From: a virus
Taxonomy: Duplodnaviria > Caudoviricetes
Virus record (IMG/VR): IMGVR_UViG_3300031631_000002
Coordinates: 1-61,221 of that record
Reading direction: 5' to 3' (one strand)
DNA: 61,221 bases
The notes under the pieces were generated by a model. That model ran no database searches. It saw only the letters and a program-made list of their open reading frames with translations, and had not been told where the DNA came from. Shown here piece by piece: positions 27,143 through 37,198 of this stretch; the stretch's first letter is position 1, and each line of letters begins with the position of its first letter. Position numbers and translations under genes: made by a program.

Positions 27143-27505
27143 CTACTCAGGAATAAAAAATCTTCCGTTAGATTCCCGTTTATATTCAATAAAAGGAAGT
27201 TTACTAACCTTATCATAGAAATGATTTCTAGTCTCAGCCTCAAGATCATTTTCCAAGCAATATCCTTGATATTTAAAATATGCTTCAGATCTAAGAACTT
27301 TGTTCTGAAACGTCTGCATGATGTAAACTATAACTGAAACTGGTTTATGCTTTATTTCTGATTTCAGTATCTCTGAGTAGCACCTGATACTTATGTTTGC
27401 AGCTTTAGAAGTAACACTCATTTTACCAGCATCATCAACAGCCAATTTATGATAGTGATCGCCCATGTCTTTCAGCTTGTCTAAAACTTCATCTCGATAT
27501 TCCAT
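27143..27505 (-). CDS. Stand-alone paralogue of the primase C-terminal winged-helix domain
   Basis: KVLRSEAYFKYQGYCLENDLEAETRNHFYDKV...KRESNGRFF aligns by eye with primase KVLRTGMWDKYKEFCIDGSMEQVSRNEFYNKV...RKEDGRYF. Confidence 0.7.
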   Translation of the reverse strand: MEYRDEVLDKLKDMGDHYHKLAVDDAGKMSVTSKAANISIRCYSEILKSEIKHKPVSVIVYIMQTFQNKVLRSEAYFKYQGYCLENDLEAETRNHFYDKVSKLPFIEYKRESNGRFFIPE

Positions 27506-27569
27506 GTAATTTCCTTTAGTTACAAATTAAAATTCACTCCCAGCCGAGTTAGGCTACCCTAATGCCAAG

Positions 27570-27862
27570 TGGCTGACACTTTCCGGCACTTTCCTGACAG
27601 TGGGATAACCAATGTCAGTATGTCTAAGATCCAGATTCCTGACACTTTTTACAAACAATCCTCCTATAGAAAAATTTTTTCAAGGGGTATGCGACAAACA
27701 GTCCGATAACGGCAAAAACAACCGTTTCACTACAATGTGGTATCTTTTTAAAAAATATTTTTCATATAATAGTATTTAGTAATAAAGTGTCAGGATTCTG
27801 GATCTTAACCATACTACCATTAACTATCCAACTGTCAGGAAAGTGTCGGAAAGTGTCAGCCA
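27570..27862. repeat. 79-bp imperfect inverted repeat, candidate replication origin
   Basis: Arms 27570-27648 and 27784-27862 match at 69/79 by manual count; internal (T/C)GACACTTT-like units; 135-bp AT-rich spacer; just downstream of the primase-helicase gene. Confidence 0.8.
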
Positions 27863-27909
27863 AGGGCTTTGTCAGCAAAGTGTCAGGACTCTCTAACACA
27901 TGGAGCAAC

Positions 27910-30573
27910 TTAAATCTCCAAACAGATCCCATTAAAGTACCTCCCATCTTCCTTACGTTCTGCGAACACATTATTGACCTCTTCAACCTTATTATAAAAC
28001 TCGTTTCTTGATACTTGCTCCATGCTACCATCAATACAAAACTCTTTATATTTATCCCACATCCCTGTCCTTAGAACTTTCATACCGTGACCAATTCTAC
28101 ACTTATCAAGTATGAACGTTTCAACTGAGTCTACAGACTGAGCCCAAGACCGAAACAATTCTCCACTATGTGCATCAACCGACTTGTTTTCAATCCACAT
28201 CTTAACACCGTTTATCAGCCAAGCAAGAACTCCAGGTAATTCATGAGCAATTATCCCTACCTCCATCCCATCTATAACTTCATTGTGGTTATGTTGAAAT
28301 TCAACTATAAACCCAGACAAACGTCTTTCAATCTCACTAGAGAATGAATCCAACCTAGGCCAAGCATTCATACTAACAACAAAACTACAGGGACACTCAA
28401 ACTCAACCGTATCCCTGAATAAATTCCTTCCGGACATCAAGTCCCGACCTGTAGCCATTTTGAATCCGGCCGTGTTCACTGGCTTATCATTTCTACCTGT
28501 GTTTTTCTTAACCTCCGGAATGAAATTAATAACTGAGTCCTTCAAACCAATAACCCGCTCCAAAACATTAAGCATACCAAAACTCAAAGCAGTAACGCGA
28601 CCTCTGGGTAGGATGCTCAACATGATTCTTTGTAGAGTTCCTTTACCAACTCCACCTGGACCCTTCATTACAATAGCCTGTTGGAGATCAGTAAGGCTTC
28701 CACACATAGCCAACCCAAGTCCTTTTTGCAGACATTCAACATTAACCACATTATGTAATAACTGATCAAACATTGGAGTTTTCATTTCAAAATCAGGTTC
28801 GAAGGTCAATTTGAATCTGGCCCCTAAATCCTTATCATATGGAATACTATCAACAGAAGGTTTGTCACCTACAACCTCTGTCCTCCAGAAGCTATTAGAA
28901 CATGGGAAGCCGTGAGAGCCTCTCCACGCGTCAACTTTATTTCCAGCGGTAGCTAGGGTGTGTTTTACTACTTGAGCATACTGAGAGCCGGTACGGCACA
29001 GCTTGACCCCTTCATACTTAGTGCCGACAGCCTTTAATAAGATTCCATTATCCTTTTTATTCCAGATAGTCTTATCAAAAGCATACATTTCACCGCCAAA
29101 AACTCTGTAGTCTTTAAACCCTTTAAGTATATCAACAGATAAACGATGGTGGGTTGACTCTGGATTAATTGTGTTAGCATCATCTTCCTCTTTTATATCT
29201 TCAGCTCTGGAAACAACAGCATCCTTTAAATCCAAACGTATGTCTGTTTTAGTGAGGTCTAATTTATCAGCTATCCTACCAGCCAGCTTACTTTCAGAGG
29301 CCTTGCTGAGTTCAGTCTTAAGTAAAAACTCCTCATACCAATCCTCAATCTCATCTCTGGGAGAGTCCTTAATCCACTGTAACAGGTCAGTAGGGTCGAA
29401 CTTAAGCTCATAAACTTCGCCGCCGTGAGCAAATGAATTAAGTATGGTACGGTCGTCATTAACAAATATCTTACACTTACCTGCACCGTATTCTGGCTCT
29501 AAAGGAGGGCGGAAACCTCCTACCTCGTTCCAGTCATCACCGTTGAGCAGGACGTCAAGAACACTAACTTCACTCATGTCATCCTTAATAAGAAAGTCAG
29601 TGCTGAGTAAAACTCCAGCCCTTCTACTTTTGACAGTTCTCTTTGCAATAGATCGTTTAACTCCCTTAGCGGTCAGTCCGTCAATACTAAGAGCATCGTA
29701 GTCTTTCTTTACCTTCTGTACTTCAGGAGAGCTCTTGAGGTCATTCAAATAGTCCTTAACCTCGTAGTCATACGCCTCTTTAATGCCGAGCTCGTCAAAC
29801 CTAGACACAGCCAACTCAGCATCCAGAACTCCTCCAGGGACGTACTCACAGCCGCGAGGAATTGTAGAGTAATCACCCTCAACAGTGCAGTCAGATTCAA
29901 AAACCAAACGCTCTGGTGTTTTGACAGCTTCATCAACAACTGTTCTAGCGAGTACATTACCAGATCTTGTGACCATATGACTCTTGAATCTTAACCAAGC
30001 AAGCTTAAATAAGTATTCGATAACAAGCTTGTCAGCGTTTCTTACTGGGAAGAATATGTGGAGGCCGTTACTAGACTTCTTACCTTCAGGATTTAGGACT
30101 CCTGCTGAAGATGATTCTCTAATCCATCTGCATAAGGTATTCCTTGACTCGCCGTCCTTTCCTATTATGCATCCTGAAAGAACTTCTTCTGTGTAGTCTA
30201 TAAATTGCCCAACCTCTTCCTCGCTCCATTCCCCATGGGCAGAGCCACCATCAACATCAAGGTACATAAGACTTACTGAGTCTGAGTTGCAGTATTTAAA
30301 ATACTCCTTAGTGCGGGATATGATTCCGTTTTCTATATCTTCTCTTCCTTTGAGTCTTATCTTAAATTCATCAAGGCCACTAACTCCAAGGACTAGTGCC
30401 TTTGATGGTTGAGCTCCTAGAGAGGTTATATAATCAGACACATCAGTGATCGGGATGTTTACTGTTCTTCCAGTAGCCCCATAAACAGCCGCCTGAGCTT
30501 TCTTACCCGACTCGCTAACACATTTATTTATAGGTCCATTATCATTAGTAATTTCACTTATAATTATATTCAT
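27910..30573 (-). CDS. Primase-helicase (primase-like N-terminus plus D5/P4-family SF3 helicase)
   Basis: YLDVDG and GLHIFF primase motifs; Walker A GPGGVGKGT; FKMATGRD; C-terminal winged-helix-like domain. Start taken at MNIII, overlapping the HTH gene stop. Confidence 0.88.
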   Translation of the reverse strand: MNIIISEITNDNGPINKCVSESGKKAQAAVYGATGRTVNIPITDVSDYITSLGAQPSKALVLGVSGLDEFKIRLKGREDIENGIISRTKEYFKYCNSDSVSLMYLDVDGGSAHGEWSEEEVGQFIDYTEEVLSGCIIGKDGESRNTLCRWIRESSSAGVLNPEGKKSSNGLHIFFPVRNADKLVIEYLFKLAWLRFKSHMVTRSGNVLARTVVDEAVKTPERLVFESDCTVEGDYSTIPRGCEYVPGGVLDAELAVSRFDELGIKEAYDYEVKDYLNDLKSSPEVQKVKKDYDALSIDGLTAKGVKRSIAKRTVKSRRAGVLLSTDFLIKDDMSEVSVLDVLLNGDDWNEVGGFRPPLEPEYGAGKCKIFVNDDRTILNSFAHGGEVYELKFDPTDLLQWIKDSPRDEIEDWYEEFLLKTELSKASESKLAGRIADKLDLTKTDIRLDLKDAVVSRAEDIKEEDDANTINPESTHHRLSVDILKGFKDYRVFGGEMYAFDKTIWNKKDNGILLKAVGTKYEGVKLCRTGSQYAQVVKHTLATAGNKVDAWRGSHGFPCSNSFWRTEVVGDKPSVDSIPYDKDLGARFKLTFEPDFEMKTPMFDQLLHNVVNVECLQKGLGLAMCGSLTDLQQAIVMKGPGGVGKGTLQRIMLSILPRGRVTALSFGMLNVLERVIGLKDSVINFIPEVKKNTGRNDKPVNTAGFKMATGRDLMSGRNLFRDTVEFECPCSFVVSMNAWPRLDSFSSEIERRLSGFIVEFQHNHNEVIDGMEVGIIAHELPGVLAWLINGVKMWIENKSVDAHSGELFRSWAQSVDSVETFILDKCRIGHGMKVLRTGMWDKYKEFCIDGSMEQVSRNEFYNKVEEVNNVFAERKEDGRYFNGICLEI

Positions 30574-30770
30574 CAACAATCTCCCCAAAGCAATTCTGGG
30601 TAGTCAACAATGCCAAAAGTCTTCGAGACAATTATGTGAGCGTTCCTTAAAGTGACGCACTTTATATTTTCCTTGCAGATGTTGTAAGTTGTAGCTCTTG
30701 AGATTCCTAAATACTCTGACAATTGGTCGTAATTTAACTTCTTGTTTTTGCGGTAAGTTTCAAGCTTCAT
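30573..30770 (-). CDS. Cro/XRE-like helix-turn-helix regulator
   Basis: LETYRKNKKLNYDQLSEYLGISRATTYNI. Confidence 0.85.
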   Translation of the reverse strand: MKLETYRKNKKLNYDQLSEYLGISRATTYNICKENIKCVTLRNAHIIVSKTFGIVDYPELLWGDC

Positions 30771-30802
30771 GGTCACCTCTGTTTTATATATAGAATATTT
30801 TG

Positions 30803-30843
30803 TTGACTTCTGTGAACCTACAAGGTAGTTTAGCTGAAGTCAA
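30803..30843. promoter_or_regulatory. Overlapping divergent sigma70 promoters
   Basis: Plus TTGACT(30803)-17-TAGTTT; minus TTGACT(30843-30838)-17-TAGGTT; located at the strand switch. Confidence 0.7.
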
Positions 30844-31653
30844 GTGTAAATGTTGAATATGCAGCAAACCATTCGTCAACGAATGGAAAACTAAAAGGAG
30901 AGCAAAATGAGAATGGAAATGAAGTGCGTGAAATGTGGCGGAGATGACCTCTCAGTAGAGGACACTTCAGTAGAGTACGTTGAGCATAAAGAGGCCTTAG
31001 GAAGTGTGGTAGCTGTGTATCAAGACTCCTCATTCAAAGCAGCTCACATAGAGCCAAAGGATACCTTCTTTGCTGGTGAAGAAGGCACCCACATACTAGT
31101 AAACTTAACTTGTTACTCTTGTGGCGCTGAGATGACTCTGTATGTGTCAGCACCAACTGGTTATGGGGTGGAGGTTGGGCTAGATTAATCGTCTATTGCT
31201 CAACTTATTTCGTGAGGTTGGCTGAGATGGTGGCGGAAGAGTGCGAGGCATCCGTTGAGAGCCTCGACTTACTTTCTCAGATGCTGCAGGACATCCAACA
31301 CAAATTAGAGGGTACTGATTTTCAAGCTGAATCTGAATTAGCTTCAGAGAACATTAAGAAGTTGAACGCTTTAACAAAACTATTCGTAGGCGAATAGAAA
31401 GGAGAACAAAATGGACGTAAATATATCAGAGACGAGATTAGTAAAGAGAGGAAATAAGAATCTGTTCAATAAGCACTTGTTTATGTCTGGTGATAGGGAA
31501 GAAATCTACAGCGGGGACATAATTGAGTTTAATATCGCAGATGAAGTATATCCCTACTCTGGTACCGTCTCAACATTGCAAGGACTAAGAGTAGAGTGTT
31601 TTAACACGATTTTAAACCAATGGGTGTATCATAACTTGGTAGCATAATTAACG

Positions 31654-32281
31654 TTCACCCAGGTTGCTGGGAAACAAGGCAAAATAAATGAAAAGGAGAA
31701 ACAAAATGAAAACTTACATCACGGTAGAGTGTCCAGAGCAGGATAATATACACAGGTTCATATTGAATGCTGTGTCTTTACAGTCAGGGCGGTTGAGAGT
31801 AGACAGAGCGTTTATGAAGTTTGGTATCGAACCAATGGTTATTACATCTGACTTGCGTCCTGATTGGCACTTTAATAAATACGGAGTCCTCCATACTGTA
31901 ACTATAAATAACAAGTATGAACTACGTGGCAACATGCACACAAAGGCATTCTACTAGATTTAGAATATTAACGTTCACCCAGATCTTTTACTAAATTTTA
32001 GTAATCTTCAAAGGAGAATCAAAATGGCATTTCAAACACATTCAGAACCATGTGGTTTCAACCCACACTATAGGCAGGGGTTCGGTGAAGAAGTATCACG
32101 AAAGTATGCCTTACTGTGTAAAAATAACAGAGGGCTTACGAGAGCTCTCAGGAAGAGAGCTTATAGAGTTATAGCAGACTTAATCGAAGACGATTTCCCA
32201 ACAACCGTACAGCTTGGTACGTTTCACCCAGGTTGCTGGGAAACAAGGCAAAATAAATGAAAAGGAGAATCAAAATGAAAA
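31654..32281 (+). repeat. 59-bp direct repeat (31654-31712 and 32223-32281)
   Basis: TTCACCCAGGTTGCTGGGAAACAAGGCAAAATAAATGAAAAGGAGAA(A/T)CAAAATGAAAA, one mismatch. Confidence 0.95.
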
Positions 32282-32574
32282 TTAAATTAGCTTTAATTAT
32301 CCTACTTATGGCCTCGACAGTACAAGCAGGCACCCCAGAAGAGGCATGTAAATCCTACCATGAGTTAGCAACTTCATTAATGGACGCCAGACAGTCAGGA
32401 GTATCACTAGTAAAAGCTATGAGCATAACAGATCGCAAATTCCTGCAGGACTTAACTATCAAGGCATACAAGCAGCCAAGATACAGCATGGAAGAAAATA
32501 AAAAGCGAACTACAGAGGATTTTGCTAACAGAATATATCTGGAATGCTACGAAGCGCTCTCAAAGGAGAAATAA
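32275..32574 (+). CDS. Exported small helical protein with signal peptide
   Basis: MKIKLALIILLMASTVQA signal; C...MDARQSGV...EC pattern. Confidence 0.65.
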   Translation: MKIKLALIILLMASTVQAGTPEEACKSYHELATSLMDARQSGVSLVKAMSITDRKFLQDLTIKAYKQPRYSMEENKKRTTEDFANRIYLECYEALSKEK

Positions 32575-34387
32575 AAATGCTGATGTTCATAATACTGGCA
32601 GCAATATCAATCTCAGATATTCAAGAAGCTGTAACAACGCAGGATGTTCAAGTTGAAATAACACAGGAGTAACAAATGTATAAAGAAGGAATGACAGTAA
32701 AGGAAGCAGCAGACATGAAGGGACTTAACTCTTACGACACGGCTCTACCTCAGGCATGGGTGGATACAGTGTGTAAAGTACTTCCTGATAACTTGAGCAA
32801 TCTAATGGGTAACGTAGTCTGGTGTTATCGATGGGAGGCCGTCGATTTCGACGACATTTGGGGACGACCTGTAGCAATATCTCCCCATGGTGAGTTGATT
32901 ATAGGCTGGTTAGCCGCGGCACTCAAATAGGAGAAATGAAGATGAAATTGTACACAATCACAGCACATAAATTCGATTTTATAGTATTCGCTGAGACTCA
33001 CCACGAGTTTAAAGAGTTGATGCAAAAAGCATGGAGAATACACCTTGAGGAACACAATATGCAACCCTTCGAATTAGCTCTTGATTGCATGAAAGGGGCA
33101 GGGGTAGAGGTTGGTAAAGGGGTACTCCGTAACGGATCCTACATGAACTTAGAGCCTGACAATAGAGAGTACTTCATATGCAAAGTGAGTGGCGTCACTA
33201 GCACAGAGGACTTCAGTTACTTCAGTGTAAATAATGGTTTTTCAGATGGTGACGTAGAGAATGTGAGAGAACTACATGTTCCAGAGTCCCTGAGTATAGC
33301 CGAAGGCTTAACAATCGTGAGGATAAGATAATGAATGAAATAAGACGTTACAGAGAAACTGAGTCGAGAATCAAAAGGTTGAAAGAGATAATCAAAGACG
33401 GCAACTATAAAGTAGAGGGCCTGTCTGTTGGCATATCAGTGGGAGCTGTTGGGGAAGATTACTGTAACGAACTCGATTGCCAGATAACTGACGAAAACCA
33501 CTCAGAGCAGATACTTAGTCATTTAGTAGATGGCCTTGAAAAGTCTCTTGAGTTTAAATTGCAGATGATGATTAACACTCACAGAACCCTCGGAGAATTC
33601 TTAAACGGAGAAATAAAATGACAAGATGGGATGATGAAGGATTACTCGAAGTAGTTGAGATGGTGGCAGAAAATGAGGCAATGATATCCTCAGAAGAAGA
33701 ATTATCTGAGAATTTCGACAACATGTTAGAAGATATAAACTGTTGTCCGGAGAGGCTTACTGAAACCGACGTCAACTGCATGTTCAACGACTGGAAGGAC
33801 GGAGAAGCAAAAGACGGAAACATCCACCAAATCCAAGACAATCAATACTGCTACGTAGGAAAATACGGAGAGTGATATGAAAATATACGGAATAATGTCA
33901 GCCGAGTTCTCACAGACAAAAAGAGGTAAGAAAGTCTCTAACGGCAGCTTCAAACTTGGTCAACAGGTTAGGATAGAAGATGTAGTGAGGGACAACTGCA
34001 GTTGTGTTGAAGTAACACCAACTGAAGCCGGAAGCTACGTCAGTTTCATCGACTACGGAACAGCAGAAGGATTCAAAAACAGTTACTGTGAGGGGTGATA
34101 TGAAACTGAATACTAAAGTAACCGCGAGTTATGCCGGAAAGCCATGTGGGGAATACACAGTATCACTGCACGCATCAGAAAGTGGTAACCTACTTAGGAT
34201 TACCCCAACAGAAGGAACGGCCGGACATTGGCAATGGTACCTGGCTACACTAATGGGGTTAGGAGACTACAGCAGCGGACCACCCTCTGACGTGCTGGCT
34301 CTAGACTTTGGGATGCGTTGGGAAGTATCCGGGATGATAAATGTTTACAAAGAGATTTTAGACCTCATAAAGGTAGAGGAGTAAATA

Positions 34388-35341
34388 ATGTGTAATTTCT
34401 GGAGTTGTATCGTACTAAAAGACAAGACAGTTATAAGTGAGATTGGCATTGACAACCACCACGAGTTGGTTGAGATGTTTAATCTGGAGGACAGCAGTGA
34501 CATAAGATCACAATTAAAGTTTGCCAAGGTAGAAATAGTACCACCTGAGAACGATCCATTCAAACCCATTAGTGAGTGGAAGTTTGAAGTTGATGAAAGG
34601 GTAAAGCCTGAGTGGTTTTCACCTGCGCATGAAGACGTTTGTTGGATTAGGCTGAAAGAAGTATTGAAAGAGGTTTTGATAACCGAAGACGTTGCTGAGT
34701 TAACAGGAAGAAAAGGATTGTTTCTGAAAGATTGTGTAGTAGGCAAACTAACAAATTCAGTTGTTCAGAAGATGTTCAACTCTTCAGTTGTTCAGAATAT
34801 GTCCGACTCTTCAGTTGTTCAGAATATGTCCGACTCTTCAGTTGTTAAGAGGATGTCCGGCTCTTCAGTTGTTCAGGAGATGTTCGACTCTTCAGTTGTT
34901 CAGAATATGTTCGACTCTTCAGTTGTTCAGAGGATGTACGGCTCTTCAGTTGTTCAGAGGATGTACGGCTCTTCAGTTGTTCAGAGGATGTACGGCTCTT
35001 CAGTTGTTCAGAATATGTTCGACTCTTCAGTTGTTCAGAATATGTTCGACTCTTCAGTTGTTAAGAGGATGTCCGGCTCTTCAGTTGTTCAGGAGATGTT
35101 CGACTCTTCAGTTGTTCAGAATATGTTCGACTCTTCAGTTGTTCAGAAGATGTTCAACTCTTCAGTTGTTCAGGAGATGTTCGACTCTTCAGTTGTTCAG
35201 GAGATGTTCGACTCTTCAGTTGTTCAGGATATGTCCGGCTCTTCAGTTGTTGTTAGACACATAGGACATACAACTATAAAAGACAACGCAGTGACACTAA
35301 CGTGGGACACAGGCACAGCTAACCTAACAAGGAGTAAATAA
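34388..35341 (+). CDS. Protein with 18 nonapeptide repeats (probable beta-solenoid)
   Basis: N-terminal MCNFWS...HHEL...VEIVPP...PEWF domain followed by SSVV(Q/K)xM(F/S/Y)(D/G/N) repeats. Confidence 0.85.
   Translation: MCNFWSCIVLKDKTVISEIGIDNHHELVEMFNLEDSSDIRSQLKFAKVEIVPPENDPFKPISEWKFEVDERVKPEWFSPAHEDVCWIRLKEVLKEVLITEDVAELTGRKGLFLKDCVVGKLTNSVVQKMFNSSVVQNMSDSSVVQNMSDSSVVKRMSGSSVVQEMFDSSVVQNMFDSSVVQRMYGSSVVQRMYGSSVVQRMYGSSVVQNMFDSSVVQNMFDSSVVKRMSGSSVVQEMFDSSVVQNMFDSSVVQKMFNSSVVQEMFDSSVVQEMFDSSVVQDMSGSSVVVRHIGHTTIKDNAVTLTWDTGTANLTRSK
34754..35251 (+). repeat. 27-bp coding tandem repeat, 18 copies plus a partial copy
   Basis: Core TCTTCAGTTGTT followed by a variable 15 nt. Confidence 0.95.
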
Positions 35342-36050
35342 TGTCAATTTTCAAAACAGTAGATGAAACCCACAGATCCTGCAACATAGACGCTGTCATG
35401 TGGGAGCCTGCTGATGGTATGATAGAGGTAAAAGGATGGTTTGTTGACCGGGCTATTGATAGATTCAACAGTAGTTTACCCAAGGAGAACAAAAATGATT
35501 AAGCCAGTAGATATACAAGCAAGTGAGCCAGAGTACATAAAGATGTCAGATATGAAACCCCTTGATATTGGAGTAACGCGGGAAACCAGTAGAACTGTAA
35601 TGAGAACGGCAAGCCGCAGTAAATTCGAAGTAATGGACTTGTCAATTCCTAGTCCCGGCAGTTGTTGGGGGCGAGACTGTGGTATGTTAGTAAAACTACT
35701 CAAATCAGGAACCAAAATAACACTTGAGGTACAATAGAGTCTTAGGGTTAAAGAACTTGAAAATGATGAAATAGGAGAGGCATATGTCCACAACACCAAT
35801 AGTTTCAAAAGTACTGAATATGTTGAATAACGGTTATTCCTTGGATGAGATCGAAACTAACTTGGAAGAATCAGCTGCTGCCAGGCAGATAGATTTGACT
35901 AATGAAGTTAACAAAGCAATACATGAGATTTCAGAAGTAGAAAATGACCTCATACACACACTACATGACATAGAGGAGATTGTATCGAAGAATTCAAGAG
36001 TAAAATCAGCACTTCTTGACATAAAATCAAGACTTTAGGATGATAAAACT

Positions 36051-36105
36051 TTGGTGCGAATGGTGGCGCTTGCGCTGGGAAGGGTTCGACTCTCTCCCGC
36101 ACCAA
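36051..36105 (+). ncRNA. Mini tRNA-like element (acceptor-like stem, short hairpin, T-arm)
   Basis: TTGGTGCG pairs with CGCACCAA; inner GGCGC-TT-GCGCT; AGGG-TTCGACT-CTCT T-loop; intergenic; no D or anticodon arm. Confidence 0.5.
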
Positions 36106-36270
36106 CTAACCACCAAACAAGGAGAACAAAATGACAAATTGGAGAAAGTGCATAGATATTCTTAGAAGATCTAACTTAAATGATTTTCGCCTGATCGTCT
36201 TCGAGCTAGCCAAAACAGACCCGACAGTATTGGTGAAAGTAGTTAAGATAATTCAAGAGAGGAGAGAGGA

Positions 36271-36846
36271 ATGAAAACTATACTAAATAAAAACCAAAAG
36301 ATAACCAGAAGAAGAACCCTAGGAAAAGAAACCGTGGTCGTTGAAATAAGCCACAACGATTCCTGCGGTAACGGCCACAACACCTTCCACATAACAGCAG
36401 ACCTTATGGTTGGTCGCAGGCTAGAATCATGTGGCTGCATACACACAGAGGTCGTGAAGTTCTTTCCTGAGCTTGAGCCACACATTAAATGGCACGGTTG
36501 CTCAACAGATGGGCCCCTATACTACCTAGAAAACACAATGTATCACGCAAAGTACATACCAAAAGACAACGGGAAGAGATATTTCTACCTGGAGAACAGC
36601 TTAATTAAGATAGTTGAACGTGCTGAAATGGCACAGATGATTGATAAGTACGGAGACAATGCTGTATTCAAACCCTATGATGATCCGATGGCGAAGAAGC
36701 CTAACTTAGAGAATGCCAGAAGTAGCGCAATTTGGCCAGAAGCGACCCTGGAAGATCTGGTAAGTAAAGAGAGGTTATTGGCTAGGTTGCCTGCACTTAT
36801 GGTTGAGTTTCAAGAGGCTGTTGAGAGTTTAGGATTAATTTATTGA
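36271..36846 (+). CDS. Hypothetical phage protein
   Basis: D.CGNGHNTFHITA...GCIH....FPEL..HIKWH...GP.YY.ENT.YH looks like a recurrent phage family; recalled, not searched. Confidence 0.65.
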   Translation: MKTILNKNQKITRRRTLGKETVVVEISHNDSCGNGHNTFHITADLMVGRRLESCGCIHTEVVKFFPELEPHIKWHGCSTDGPLYYLENTMYHAKYIPKDNGKRYFYLENSLIKIVERAEMAQMIDKYGDNAVFKPYDDPMAKKPNLENARSSAIWPEATLEDLVSKERLLARLPALMVEFQEAVESLGLIY

Positions 36847-36859
36847 GGAGATATTTAAA

Positions 36860-37198
36860 ATGGACTTTCAAGTGTATTACAGATCTGGAGTAGTGAGAAA
36901 TCTGCTGGGTATGAGGGTGGATAACTTTAACGCTTGGGTGAAGAAAGGTTACTTAGTCCCCACAGAGAGGAGGCTGAACGGAAACTTGTGGTGGGACTTC
37001 GAAGCTATAGTGAAGGCCTACACAGTAAAAAGCGTAGCAACACACATAGGACTGCCGCCAGCAGAGGCAGCCAAGACATTAAGGGCCCTGCACCCTAGAA
37101 CAAGTACATTCAAAAATGTATACGCTGAAAGTATGGTATTAAGTATAGACGTAAAGCAGATGAGAGAGAGAGTAACAAAACTTATTGAGGAGTTATGA
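36860..37198 (+). CDS. MerR-like HTH DNA-binding protein
   Basis: VRNLLGMRVDNFNAWVKKGYLVP pattern. Confidence 0.6.
   Translation: MDFQVYYRSGVVRNLLGMRVDNFNAWVKKGYLVPTERRLNGNLWWDFEAIVKAYTVKSVATHIGLPPAEAAKTLRALHPRTSTFKNVYAESMVLSIDVKQMRERVTKLIEEL

Larger units (their letters stand above)
30907..34384 (+). other. Array of about 12 small hypothetical early genes
   Basis: Track ORFs at 30907, 31212, 31411, 31706, 32024, 32275, 32676, 32936, 33331, 33618, 33877 and about 34100, mostly with AGGAG-N-AAAATG starts. Confidence 0.75.

Noticed and set aside
27406-27418. Third partial copy of the TAGAAGTAACACT motif
   Set aside because: Inside a coding region with no promoter context; probably chance.
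27762-28034. ORFs overlapping the origin-like repeat
   Set aside because: They translate the repeat units and overlap the primase end; no supporting signals.
34754-35251. CRISPR-like array
   Set aside because: Units are contiguous 27-mers in frame within an ORF, the variable parts recur, and no cas genes are present.
34761-35264. Overlapping 167-aa ORF in another frame
   Set aside because: It is open only because the repeat unit has no stop in that frame; no RBS.
36051-36105. Functional tRNA gene
   Set aside because: Too short; no D arm or anticodon loop.
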